Shown: positions 1 through 11,571, counted from the first letter of the stretch. The stretch: 64,000 nucleotides of DNA from Octopus sinensis (GCF_006345805.1 NC_043014.1:39370001-39434000), one strand, 5' to 3'. Notes: generated by a model from the sequence alone, not told the origin. Made by a program: numbers and translations.

Positions 1-88
1 GCGCTATAGTGTTATAGGATTCGTTCTTTTTGTCTCAAGCTACAGAATAATGTTGTGTGTGTATTTTAATACAATAGGTTCGTGTGTC

Positions 89-500
89 ATATAGCTAGCT
101 AGAGGCGATGACCTCTTGGAGCTAATCAACGGAAGCTTTCGTCCTATATTTATGGGCTGCCATATTAGCCTGGCGATAACTGTTAATATCCAGTACCGCT
201 GACGTAGTCTCATTTAGAGAGACTTAGAAATAATAATATTTCTACTTATAATTTTTCCTTTCATTTTACTTGAATTGCGTTTTTCCTAGAATCAAATTGA
301 ATGACCTATTATGTTTGATTTGTGAAATACACGTTCTCATTGATTGTCTATGTCTGAGTCATATCAGAGTTTCTCTAGGATCATTTCTACAGGTATGTTT
401 AACTATCTTTCTGTTTAATTCTATGAATTTGTATGTTTGTTAGGACTGATTACAGTCCAAATAAACACAGGTATCTGTGCGTTATCATATTCATTTAACG
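89..500 (-). mobile_element. Degraded repeat, probably the 3' end of a Penelope-like element; 89-245 is homologous to 11813-11972
   Basis: 89-245 aligns by eye with 11813-11972. The minus strand gives broken peptides resembling a PLE C-terminus (GHSI..., GTGY.QLSP.IWQPI) with many stops. Confidence 0.4.
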
Positions 501-574
501 GTTTGATATGTACACTTCTATAAACATACATACATATACACATATATACATACGTTTATTGCGCTCAGAAGTGG

Positions 575-576
<2 letters not shown>

Positions 577-662
<86 letters not shown>

Positions 663-691
663 CGTGTGTGCGTACGTGCGTGTGTGTGTGT
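577..691. repeat. (TG)n microsatellite
   Basis: Directly visible TG run with CG variants at the 3' end. Confidence 0.98.
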
Positions 692-996
692 ATTGAAATA
701 TTTCCACCAAATGCTTCTTCATATTTTGAAATGTTTTAAATGGGTAAGGTTTACGTAAAGGAAGTGTTTCCTTACATATATTTTCTTATATATATTACAG
801 AAACTTAAAAAGTACATATTAAACGATTTCAAACTATCACTTTATTATTACACCTTAAACACACACACACTGGCATATCTGTATATATGTATAATGGTAT
901 ACGGACATTCACGAAACATTAGCATATCAACTTAAGGCGAAATATTTGCATTATGGTAAAAGGACATATTTACTGGTACCAAACTATATATCTCCC

Positions 997-1604
997 TGAA
1001 GGCGGCGAGCTGGCAGAAACGTTAGCACGCTGGGCGAAGTGCTAAACGGTATTTCGTCTGCCGTTACGTTCAGAGTTCAAATTCCGCCGAGGTCGACTTA
1101 GCCTTTCATCCTTTCGGGGTCGATTAAATAAGTACCAGTTACGCACTGGGGTCGATGTAATCGACTTAATCCGTTTGTCTGTCCTTGTTTGTCCCCTCTG
1201 TATTTAGCCCCTTGTGGGTAGTAAAGAAATAGGTATTTCGTCTGCCGTTACGTTCTGAGTTCAAATTCCGCCGAGGTCGACTTTGCCGTTCATCCTTCCG
1301 GTCGATAAATTAGGTACCAGTTACGCACTGGGGTCGATGTAATCGACTTAATCCCTTTGTCTGTCCTTGTTTGTCCTCTCTGTGTTTAGCCCTTTGTGGG
1401 TAATAAAGAAACAGGTATTTCGTCTGCCATTACGTTCTGAGTTCAAATTCCGCCGAGGTCGACTTTGCCTTTCATCCTTTCGGAGTCGATTAAATAAGTA
1501 CCAGTTACGCACTGGGGTCGATATAATCGACTTAATCCTTTGTCTGTCCTTATTTGTCCTCTTGTCCTCTCTGCGTTTAGTCCCTTGGGGGTAGTAAAGA
1601 AATA
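997..1604 (+). mobile_element. tRNA-derived SINE family 1 (Meta-domain-like): one head plus three tandem bodies, 22-bp TSD
   Basis: Head GGCGGCGAGCTGGCAG...GAGTTCAAATTCC; central GTCGACTTTGCCTTTCATCCTTTCGGGGTCGATAAATTAAGTACCAG occurs three times; TSD GGTACCAAACTATATATCTCCC at 975-996 and 1605-1626. Confidence 0.9.
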
Positions 1605-2289
1605 GGTACCAAACTATATATCTCCCCTGGTAATTGATTTCGCTGAATGTGAAATTCTTTAACCAGTAGTATACCTATGTTACTGTTAATTACATAGTGA
1701 TATAAGCTGTTGGTATTGCTGCATTACATATTATAATCGTGATACAATGCATGACCTCATTATAAGACTTGACCGTACTCTCTCATTTACATGTATATGT
1801 ATGAGTACAGTATAAAGCTCGTCCATCTTCAGATTTCACCCTGTGCTTTCCAGGTTTGCGTTTGGGCATCTGTCATGTGTGCATAGATGACTGAAAAAAT
1901 TTGGAATCAACTGCTAAGTCCAGACCACCAAAGACAGAGAGGATATACTTTTGAAGCAGAGAATTTGAATTTACGTAGACAATATTTACATATCGCCTGA
2001 GGAAACACAACTAGGTCTCATAATGCAGGGAAACGGTTGCATAATCAAGTACTTGCACGCCTGGAGAACTGCGATGCGTAGAAACAACTGTAGTGATTGA
2101 AAATAAATGTCCAACTGTACTCCTCCTTGTTGACTTCAAAATGCAAGTTACCTTGATATGCTAATATTTCGTGAATGTCCGTATACCATATATGGATATG
2201 CCAGGGTGTGTGCGTTTAAGGTGTAATAATAAAGTGATATGCGGGAACGACTGTTTCATCGAAGTCGCGCCTTGTCCTTACCTTTGAAA

Positions 2290-2460
2290 AGCGGGGTAGA
2301 TGAAACAGGGACAACTGAAGAAGGGGAATATTCCTTGTGTTGTATGTCTTGTTTCTCTATTATTTTCGTTGTTTGAAAAAAAAGTCCGTTTCTGTTTTCG
2401 TTTCTCATTGTGTTCAACGTTTTTTTTATGTCCTGTACCCATATATGCATGAATATATAC
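2290..2460 (+). repeat. Interspersed repeat, second copy at 28160-28300
   Basis: Both loci share GTAGATGAAACA..ACAACTGAAGAAGGG...TTGTGTTCAACGT...TGTCCTGTACCCATATATGCATG. Confidence 0.75.
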
Positions 2461-2529
2461 ATATATATGTATGTATATATGCATATATTTATATATTATT
2501 TATATTATATATATATATATTTAATGTAG

Positions 2530-2973
2530 GATAAATTTTTTCGAAAAAATAAATTTTATCAGTGGCCAGCAAATTAAAAAATACCTTTAAAGGTTAAATT
2601 TATAAACAACTAATAAATAAGGGCAAATGAAAAAAATTCTAATGCCAAATATGCCGAAATTAGACACTCACCCCCAATAGGGGCCTTAACTTCCACATTT
2701 TAGACCTCCATGACCTCCGTTTTTTCAGGAGCAAAATCCTTTTAACAGGTTCCATAAGACTGGAATTTTGGAATCTGCGCATAAAGATCAGTAGTGTGGG
2801 ATACATGTGTCACGATTAGAATTTTTTAGGGTGTGTAAAGAGGAAAAGAACTCTCATCTGCAATTTTGATGAAAATCGAATCTTAGGTATTCCAGTTCAT
2901 AAGAGAAAATATAACAGAAAAGTCTAATTCTTCAATTGCCTGTAACACGGGCAACGCCGGGTATCTCTACTAG
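2530..2973 (+). mobile_element. Non-autonomous Helitron 3' end (5' boundary uncertain)
   Basis: Subterminal CACGGGCAACGCCGGG hairpin, then CTAG at 2970-2973 followed by T. The same terminus type occurs at 47399-47426. Confidence 0.7.
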
Positions 2974-3016
2974 TATGTATATATATATATACTTTATTTA
3001 AAAGCAGCAGAAATAT

Positions 3017-3069
3017 AACAAAAGCTGTTACTCGAGTTTCACGTTCCCGTTTGTCGGACAGTTTTGTTA
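3017..3069 (-). ncRNA. Minimal type-I hammerhead ribozyme motif, degenerate core (CCGACAA)
   Basis: Minus strand reads CTGT-CCGACAA-ACG GGAA CGT-GAAA-CTCGAG-TA-ACAG; stem III ACTCGAGT is a perfect palindrome. Confidence 0.6.
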
Positions 3070-3188
3070 AAAAAAAACTTGCTGGCCTAGTGCCAAAATT
3101 TGAAACCAATATTATCGCATTATTTTTAATCCATTTCATAACTGAATAACCCAATTGTTATCACTTAACAAAACCATTTTTTTGTTTT

Positions 3189-3243
3189 TAACAAAACTGT
3201 CCGACGAACGGGAACGTGAAACTCCGAGTAACAGCTTTTGTTA
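3189..3243 (+). ncRNA. Minimal type-I hammerhead ribozyme motif, U4C core (CCGACGA)
   Basis: CTGT(3197)-CCGACGA-ACG GGAA CGT-GAAAC TCCGA GTA-ACAG; stem I extends TAACAAAA/TTTTGTTA. Confidence 0.7.
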
Positions 3244-3339
3244 TATTTGTGCTGCTTTTAAATAAAGCATATTACTCTACCTCTGGCATTTGAGTACTCT
3301 TTTTTTCCACTTTGTTTCACATTTATGTGCTTACTCCAG

Positions 3340-3346
3340 TATATAT

Positions 3347-3412
<66 letters not shown>
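3340..3412. repeat. (TA)n microsatellite
   Basis: Directly visible. Confidence 0.95.
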
Positions 3413-3413
<1 letters not shown>

Positions 3414-3945
3414 CATGATCTGATCAATAAGTACCCGATCTGGACTTTTGCTAGCGTCATGAAACTAAAACACAGAGAGTGAAGCTGCTAGGCACAGATT
3501 GACCTTGAACTATGCTGTGCATGCGCACTAAGTTTTAATGTCCTAGCTATCTTCCGCTGTTTACAGCAGTGATTGGAAGGAAGGTGTGTAGCATGTGATC
3601 CACACATTGACCTTGACGGAGAAAGTTGAGCAAAGAATCTACATTAAGTTTCGCCAAAAGCTTGGCAAATACCTGCTCAGAGGCCTATGCAAAGTTTTTC
3701 AAAATGCTTTCATCGTTCTCCACGCAGCCAAGGAGATCTTGTGCAACTGAAACCCGAATGTCTTTTTGGTCAGCTGAAAACACTTTTGGCAGAAATTTGG
3801 CAGACACGCGTCTTATACCCAAATCTTCAGCGATAATGGACTGAACTGAACCGTAAGTAATCTGATAACTCACGGATGGTGATTCGAGGATTCCCCCTCA
3901 CAGCTGCACGCACATCACCGACGATGTCAGTTCTACTATGGGTTA
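3412..3945. mobile_element. Mariner transposon relic with internal inversion
   Basis: TIR-like TACATGATCTGATCAATAAGTA at the left. The plus strand encodes TEKVEQRIYIKFRQKLG-TCSEAYAK (HTH N-terminus); the minus strand 3945-3690 encodes VRGNPRITIREL..VQSIIAEDLGIRRVSAKFLPK. Confidence 0.8.
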
Positions 3946-3983
3946 ATTAATTTAGTTATAACTTAGAATTTTAAAAAATTGTT

Positions 3984-4403
3984 GGATCTTTTCGGTTTGA
4001 ACGGCACTTTTTTCTAGCGGTGTCATATGAAATTGTCACCCATAATTATGACCCTAGAATCGATCTATTACATTTCAATCTGTTTTAGGGTTAGGGTTAG
4101 GGGTGGGGGAAGGGTTTCTTCTTTTCTTCAGAAATGTAAATAAACCCAATCTGTTTCTTAAACGAGGGACATATTCATACGGCACAGAATGCTTTTTAAC
4201 TCAATAGACGTCATTGATTGGTTGAAATTGCAGAAATTGAAGGAAAAAAAAACCCAACAAATATCCTACAAACTATAGAATTTTCTCAATAAAGCCAAGA
4301 GAAAAAGATGTTTTATAAACACATTCTACCAGTATACGAAGTTTAAAATTTTTTAGTTACCTAGAAATTATGTTAAAAACTGCCGTTCAAACCGAAAAGA
4401 TCC
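3984..4403 (+). mobile_element. Merlin-like MITE (GGATCTTTTCGGTTTGAACGGCA TIR), TSD AAATTGTT
   Basis: TIRs at both ends; 8-bp TSD at 3976-3983 and 4404-4411; internal TTAGGG tract at 4088-4114. GG-terminal TIRs with 8-9 bp TSDs match the Merlin superfamily. Confidence 0.9.
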
Positions 4404-4744
4404 AAATTGTTTTTTCGCGTTACGTAATTTTTGTGTTATGTCACGTATCTTGGAACCAACTACCAACGTACGTTGAGATATACTCGTGGTTGCATGTTAC
4501 TTATTCAACCATGTGGAAGGGTTGTTATAGTTAAACAAAATCCTCCCACTTCCTCCCAAATACCGAACAGTGTGATTTAAACATATTTTTTTGTTTCAGT
4601 GTTATCTTTAAATTTGAGAAGAGTTACAGCTGTTCTTGAGACGTTGACAATAATCTGTTAAAGCTTGACAAAAATAATTTTGAAATTTTGTGTAAGAGTG
4701 GCGTTGTCGGTGGTGGTCGTTTAGAAATTGCCTGGTTCATTTCT

Positions 4745-5040
4745 TGTTTGTTCCTTCTCGAGCCCCGCCTGGCTCATAAGGGCCGGTTTTCCCGGCGTAT
4801 AGGTTCCCCCACCTGGACAGGACGCCGGTCCGTCGCAGGTGAGCTGCAAGATGCAGGAGGAAAGAGTGAGAGAAAGTTGTGGCGAAAGAGTCAGCAGAAG
4901 TTCGCCATTACTTTCTGCCGGAGCTGCGTGGAGCTTAGGTGTTTTGCTCATAAACACAACCATCGCCCGGTCCGAGATTCGAACCCGCGATCCCTCGACC
5001 GGCAGTCTGCTGGTCTAACCACTAGGCCATATGCCTCCAC
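4745..5040 (-). mobile_element. tRNA-derived SINE family 4 (GTGGAGGCATATGGCCTAGTGG head); other copies at 58901-59169 and 59461-59551
   Basis: A box TGGCCTAGTGG, B box GGTTCGAATC and a shared body in three copies. Confidence 0.85.
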
Positions 5041-5090
5041 TCTTGTTAGCTAGGTTAATTGCAATTCTATACTTCCTAATTGCATTTTAG

Positions 5091-5132
<42 letters not shown>

Positions 5133-5288
5133 AGGTAATCCGTTAGCTGTCCATAAGTTAGAAAAAACGCTTTCAATATAAGTTACAGAACACGTATATT
5201 TTTATATCATCGAACAATATTTTACTAGTTATGCTATATAACTGGTCAGTAAGTTACCGTTGGTTTCGCGGTGAATATTCTTTTCTAC

Positions 5289-5566
5289 TCTAGGCACAAG
5301 GTCCGAAATTTTTTTTTGGGGGGGACCCAGTCGATTAGATCGACCCAGTACGCAACTGGTACTTAATTTATCGACCGCGAAAGGATGAGAGGCAAAGTCG
5401 ACCTCGGCAGAATTTGAACTCAGAACGTAAAGACAGATGAAATACCTATTTCTCTACTACCCACAAGGGGCTAAACACAGAGGGGACAAACAAGGACAGA
5501 CAAACGGATTAAGACGATTATATCGACCCCAGTGCGTAACTGGTACTTATTTAATCGGCCCCGAAA
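5289..5566 (-). mobile_element. SINE family 1, rearranged partial copies
   Basis: Central domain and tail motifs of family 1 on the minus strand. Confidence 0.8.
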
Positions 5567-5848
5567 GGAGCAATACAGACAATACAGGATTATACTGCCG
5601 AACCAAAATTGCCCCGTAAAAGCGTCGTTCGAAGAGGACGCTCTTTCGTCCTCACCCCCAACCCCTAGCTACGCTTTTGTTTACTCCATAGTTCCCAGTC
5701 AGAATTGCAGCTTTGAAGAATATCCAACTTGACAACATTTCTTCTGCAGACATCCATCTTCAAAAGTTCAAACTGGATACAAACTGCATTGATCTCACCA
5801 GTATCAGAGGCTCTACAAAAAACACGTCCCTTCCTTCTCCTCCACTGA

Positions 5849-6082
5849 AGGGTTAGGGTTAGGGTGGCGGAAGGGTATCTTTTTTTCTTCACAAATGTAA
5901 ATAAACCCAATCTGTTTCTTAAACGAGGGACATATTCATACGGCACAGAATGTTTTCACCTCAATAGACGTCAGTGATTGGTTGAAATTGCAGAAATTGA
6001 AGAAAAAACAACAAATATCTTACAAACTATAGAATTTTCGCAATAAAGCCAAGAGAAAAAGATGTTTTATAAACACATTCTA
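5849..6082 (+). mobile_element. Internal fragment of the Merlin-like MITE (no TIRs)
   Basis: Matches the MITE interior from the TTAGGG tract to AAACACATTCTA. Confidence 0.85.
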
Positions 6083-6389
6083 ACAATGGATTCTAATTTA
6101 GGTACAAGACCAGAAATTTAGAAGGAAGTGTTCAGAGGGTACTGGATTAAATCGACACTAGTTTTTAGCTGGTACCTTATTTTATCGGCTCCAGAGCAAT
6201 GAAAGATACAGTTGACCACTGCGGGATATGAACGTCAAGAGCCGGAACCGTAAAGCATTTTTTGCCACGCACTAACGATTCTGTTCTCTCGCCGCTTCTT
6301 GATAATTGTTTTACCTTTTGGTACAAGATCGGCGGTTTTGAGGGGGGAGGGGACGTGTTGATTTCATCGACCCTCCAATAATAGACTGG

Positions 6390-6812
6390 GGATCTTTCGG
6401 TTTGAACGGCAGTTTTTTCTAGCGGTGTCATATGAAATTGTCACCCATAATTATGACCCTAGTGTCGATCTATTGCATTTCAATCTATTTTAGGGTTAGG
6501 TTTAGAGTTAGGGTTAGGGTTAGGGGTGGCGGAAGGGTGTCTTTTTTTCTTCACAAATGTAAATACATCCAATCTGTTTCTTAAACGAGGGACATATTCA
6601 CACGACACAGAATGTTTTCACCTCAATAGACGGTCATTGATTGGTTGAAATTTCAGAAATTGAAGAAAAAAACAACAAATATCTTACAAACTATAGAATT
6701 TTCTCAATAAAGCCAAGAGAAGAATATGTTTTATAAACACATTCTACCAGTATAAATTTTTTTAGTTACCTAGACATTATGTTAAAAACTGCCGTTCAAA
6801 CCGAAAAGATCC
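6390..6812 (+). mobile_element. Merlin-like MITE nested in a SINE, TSD TAGACTGG
   Basis: TIRs; TSD at 6382-6389 and 6813-6820. The flanks rejoin into a minus-strand family 1 SINE. Confidence 0.9.
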
Positions 6813-7209
6813 TAGACTGGTACAATATTTTATCGACTTCGAAAAGATAAAAGGCAAAGTTGACCTCGACGGAATTTAATCGCAGAACGTAAAAAGCAGG
6901 AAGAACTACCACTAAGCATTTTTCCGACGCGCCAGCGATTCTGCTCGTTCGCCGCCTTAAATAAGGGTTTCAATTTTTAGCACAAGGCCAGTAATTTTAA
7001 CGGGAGGGTATTAGTCGATAACTTTATGTCTGAAAGGTTATTTAGAAACAGCCTGAGGCTTACGGGATGTATGCATCTCAGTGGCAGACATATAGGCCAC
7101 CACTCCTTGTTGCCAACCCTGATATGCGAGTACCTGGGTACCAGGTAGATTTATAACCATTTCAAAACCGAACAAAAAATAACAACCGTCATTTGTTTAA
7201 TTTATTATA

Positions 7210-7645
7210 GGATCTTTTCGGTTTGAACGGCAGTTTTTTAAAAATAATTTCCACCTAACTAAACACTTTTAAACTTCGTATAATGTGTTTATAAAACATC
7301 TTTTTCTCTTGGCTTTATTGAGAAAATTCTATAGTTTGTGAGATATTTGCTGTTTTTTTTCTTCAATTTCTGCAATTTCAACCAATCAATGACGTCTATT
7401 TGAGGTGAAAACATTCTGTGCCGTATGAATATGTCCCTCGTTTAAGAAACAGATTGGGTTTATTTACATTCGTGAAGAAAAAAGATACCCTTCCCCCCAC
7501 CCTAACCCTAACCCTAACTAACCCTTAACTAACCCTAACCCTAAAACAGATTGAAATGCAATAGATCGATACTAGGGACATAATTATGGGTGACAATTTC
7601 ATATGACACCGCTAGAAAAAACTGCCGTTCAAACCGAAAAGATCC
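7210..7645 (-). mobile_element. Merlin-like MITE, TSD TTATTATA
   Basis: TIRs; TSD at 7202-7209 and 7646-7653; internal CCCTAA tract. Confidence 0.9.
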
Positions 7646-9009
7646 TTATTATATTCTCAAAACAACTTGGAACAAAGAATTACCATCTTACACACTCTTG
7701 CAGAATAAAAATTGATTTTCTTTTAAAAAATGAGAAGAAAAAAATACGGGCTGAAATTGCAGATAGGATAGATGTCTGATGACGTTACTGTTATAGAAAC
7801 AGCAGTGGAGGCACGACAATATAACACCAACCGCAACGGTACAGCAAACAAAATTAGTAACCAACAACTTGAACTTGAGAAAAAATAGTTTAGCGACATC
7901 AGATATGAAATGATCGTCTTCCATCTTTCAGTTTGAGAAAAACATTTTTAACCATCATTTTAAACGGACGTACACAGAATTTAATTTTGGTGAAAAAATA
8001 GATACATGAAAGAAATAATAGCAATATTTTTAGTAATATTTAAACGTGATAGAATAAGAAGGAGGACAACAAGCAAAGAGTCTAATGAAAAGAGATTACG
8101 ACAATGATGAAGAAACATAAATTATCACCCGGATATAAATAAATAACGAAAACAACCAATCGAAAGCAGCACAGCAAAGATCGAATTTGAAATATACGAA
8201 ACAGTGTGTGTGTGTGTGTGTAAAGCTTTGTGTGTATGTGTGTATGTGTTGTGTGTGCCATCGATATCATTTACAGGATATATATATAATACATAGGATA
8301 TGATTACATAATCGATAGAGAGACAGGAGGCTGAAAAGCTGACAATGGACCAAAAAGACGTGAATCATCACAAAACGAATGAAGAGAAAATTAACCAATG
8401 AATAACGAAATAACCAAAGACAATTTGATGGAATAACATTTAGAAACTGGCCAATGACAACGACGGCGACACAAAAGTATGAACCTGTTCGGATGCGTAT
8501 AAAATTAGCTTGGTACACCCCCTCTCACATCCCACCAACAAAAGTTCAGGTCAGTGTGAAGAAAACTTCAGTTTCAATAAACTTGTGTGTGTGTAACTGA
8601 AATTTCCCACATACATGGTTTCAGGTTTCGGGTTTCAGTTCCACTGCGCGGCACTTTGGGCAAATGTCTTCTACTATTTCTTTTACTACTCACAAGGGGC
8701 TAAACACAGAGGGGGACAGACAAACGGATTAAGTCGATTACATCGACCCTAGTGTTGAGTTATCAAACATTTAAACCAAATTTTCTCAAAACAACTTGTC
8801 CGACCGTCTCCTTTGAGAAACACTGATTTAACCTAAATTTGAGACACCAGCAAAAGAAGAAATAAAGATAGACTTTTTTTTTCTATTCCAAAGAAAAACG
8901 ATTTTATTCACACAAATATGCAACCGAAGAGTTTAAAGTACCAGTAATGATAAGGGAGACTGGGAGAACACAAACATGGTTTAAATAGTGAGCTTGGCAG
9001 GAAAGAAAC

Positions 9010-9250
9010 GTGCCTTTAAGCTGTACAAAAACAACAAAAAATGGAAGGTGCAGTTATGTACAGGTTGACGGAAGAAAGGTTTTATCGATCGCATTCTCAC
9101 CTGGAATCGATTTTTGTAATTTTTCCAAGACTTACACACGCCCCGATACCGTCGGTATCTACATATCAAATTTGAGTGCAATCGGATGGAGGATGCCCGA
9201 GATCCTAGAAGACACACACACAGACAGACAGAACGATTTTATATAATAGA
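9010..9250 (-). mobile_element. Probable non-autonomous Helitron 5' end
   Basis: Minus strand begins A|TCTATTATATAAAATCGTTCTGTCTGTCTGTGTG, the same style as the other Helitron 5' ends here. Confidence 0.5.
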
Positions 9251-9270
9251 TTATTATTATTATTATTATT

Positions 9271-9730
9271 ATTCAGTAGCTTTATTTTTATAGCGTGCTT
9301 TCACTTCACTACCGAGCGCAGCTCTGTGTGCCTTGGGTATGTGCTGTGATTTGTTGTGATGCTCTGATGGTTATTGTATGGAAAGTGTTCTGCGTAGGAT
9401 GTGTGCAGTGCCCAGTAGTGCAATTTTCTGTATGTTATATGTGTTTGTAAGTCCTGGTGTTTTTGTTATGTATTTGTCTGAATATTTTTTTATCATGCCT
9501 AATGCACCTACTATGATAGGAATTGCTTCTGTTTTTAGATTCCACATTCTGGTTACCTCTATTTCTAGGTCTTTGTATTTTGAGAGTTTCTCCATTTCTT
9601 TTAGAGACACATTGTCATCTGCCGGTATTGATACATCAATTAGAAAGCATTTTTTTCTTCATGATCTCTGACAACTATATCTGGTCTGTTGGCCTTAATT
9701 TCTCTATCTGTGTGTATTGGCATATCCCAT
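9271..9730 (-). mobile_element. 5'-truncated R4/Dong-type LINE: restriction-like endonuclease domain plus 3' UTR, flanked by (TAA)n
   Basis: WDMPIHTDREIKANRPDIVVRD..CFLIDVSIPADDNVSLKEMEKLSKYKDLEIEVTRMWNLKTEAIPIIVGALG..IQKIALLGTAHILRR, a PD-D-K RLE with one frameshift; TAA repeats on both sides. Confidence 0.9.
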
Positions 9731-10105
9731 TATTATTATTATTATTTTTGTTTTTTTTTGTTTTTATGTATATAAATTGAATGTGGCGAGCTGGTAGGAT
9801 CGTTAGCGAGTCGGATATAATCCTTAGCGGTATTTCTTCCAACTCATTACATTTTAGGTTCAAATTCTGCCATGTTCGTGTTTGCTTGTCATCCTTTTGA
9901 GATCGATGAAATAGTTGAGTACCGGGACAGTTTAATCGACTTAACCGTTACCTCAAAAATTGCTGGCCGTGTGCCAAAATTTGAAACCCTTACTTTAATT
10001 ACCTTGAAAATGATAATTAATTAGAGTTTATTTGTTATGTGTAGATTATTTGAAGGGACAGTTGTATTTATTTAATTTAATATTTTATTAGACTTATTTT
10101 TCGAA

Positions 10106-10412
10106 GAGGCATGGTCCAGTGGTTAGAGCGTTGGACTCACACTCATGAGGTAGTGAGTTCGATTCCTGGACCGGACTGTGTGTTGTGTTCTTGAGCGAGA
10201 CATTTTATTTCATCCAGCTGTAGAAATGAGTTGCGACGTCACTGGTGCCAAGCTGTATCGGTCTTTGGATAACATCTATGACGTGGAGAGGGGAGACTGG
10301 TATGCAAGGGCGACTGCTGGTCTTCCATAAACAATCTTGCCCGGACTTTTACCTTGGAGAGGAATTTCTTGGTGCAATCCCATGGTCATTCATGGCCGGT
10401 GAGGGTCTTTAC
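10106..10412 (+). mobile_element. tRNA-derived SINE with CORE-like centre; related copy at 48233-48520 (minus)
   Basis: A box TGGTCCAGTGG, B box GAGTTCGATTCC, then GTTGTGTTCTTGAGC; body shared with 48233-48520. Confidence 0.75.
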
Positions 10413-10603
10413 TCTTTATTGATATGTACCACATTCAACTTCTGTGGTCTTATGAAGCTCAAAAAAGTATTTTTTAGAAACTAATTATTGGTGGATCAAT
10501 AATTTATTTATTTTCACATCGTTGCAATTTGAAGGTGGTATAGTTTACAAAAACAAGGAAATATTTTCGCCAAGATTTCTGTTTCATTATAAACACATTC
10601 GTC

Positions 10604-11033
10604 GGATCTTTTCGGTTTGAACGGCAGTTTTTAACCTAATTTCTAGGTAACTAAAAAATTTTAAACTTCGTATACTGGTAGAATGTGTTTATAAAACATC
10701 TTATCTCTCGGCTTTACTGAGAAAATTCTATAGTTTATAAGATATTTGTTGTTTTTTTCTTCAATTTCTGCAATTTCAACCAATAAATGACGTCTATTGA
10801 GTTAAAAAACATTCTATGCCGTATGAATATGTCCCTCGTTTAAGAAACAGATTGGGTTTATTTACATTTGTGAAGAAACAAAGATACTCTTCCTCCACCC
10901 CTAACCCTAACCCTAACTAACCCTAACCCTAAAACAGATTGAAATGCAATAGATCGATACTAGGGTCATAATTATGGGTGACAATTTCATATGACACCGT
11001 TAGAAAAAACTGCCGTTCAAACCGAAAAGATCC
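10604..11033 (-). mobile_element. Merlin-like MITE, 10-bp flanking duplication CACATTCGTC
   Basis: TIRs; duplication at 10594-10603 and 11034-11043. Confidence 0.9.
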
Positions 11034-11571
11034 CACATTCGTCTTTAAAACCTCTTTATCATATTTTGTACATAAAACTTCTCAAGAAGTTTTATATTAA
11101 TAAAAGTTTTTAAGAATTTTACGAAGGCGAATAATTATTTACCAAGTTTAATTAAACATTTTCGGCAGGAACACCAGCGTAACTCTCGAAGTAGAGATAA
11201 AACGAAACTCTACATAACCACGCCATGTATTGAAGAAACTGAACTGATGAAAAATGAGATACTGTTATTATTTTTCGATAAAAACATTTTTTTGATAACA
11301 AAAAAAAAAAAAAGGTGTTAGGTTGTTTAATCTCCAGTACTTAATGCAACTGTAGAATTTATGAAAAATATGTAAGTTTTGAACGATTCTGGGTGGAAGG
11401 ATAAATGATTGTTCAACATAAACTGTGATAGGCATATGGGAAAATCTGATAATAAATCGGATGGCAAAGTTTTTATCTTCAATCTGAAGAAATCAGACAT
11501 AATTAATGACACCTGTATGGCACTGTTATATATTCTGCTCTTATCTAATGTGTTACATTATTTTCTGACAG

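Noticed and set aside
495-758. ORFs of HT/CV/YI/MYVC repeats here and at about 20.6-21, 28-30, 33-35, 40, 43 and 50-52 kb
   Set aside because: They are translations of microsatellites that lack stop codons; no protein signal.
1997-2038. CTGAGGA ... GAAACGGTT hammerhead-like pair
   Set aside because: No convincing stem II and only 2 bp of stem I; at best a decayed remnant.
2311-2352. ACAA-CTGAAGA-AGGG..CCTT..GTC-TTGT, also at 28179-28215
   Set aside because: It has the first core half, a hairpin and stem I, but both copies lack GAAA after stem II, so it is not a hammerhead as it stands.
4088-4114. TTAGGG tracts as a true telomere or chromosome-fusion site
   Set aside because: They are only 1-4 units long and sit at a fixed position inside MITE copies.
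4960-5040. tRNA genes at SINE heads (also 12390-12458, 27680-27756, 57230-57296, 59090-59169)
   Set aside because: A and B boxes are present but there is no complete cloverleaf or acceptor stem, and each continues into a SINE body.
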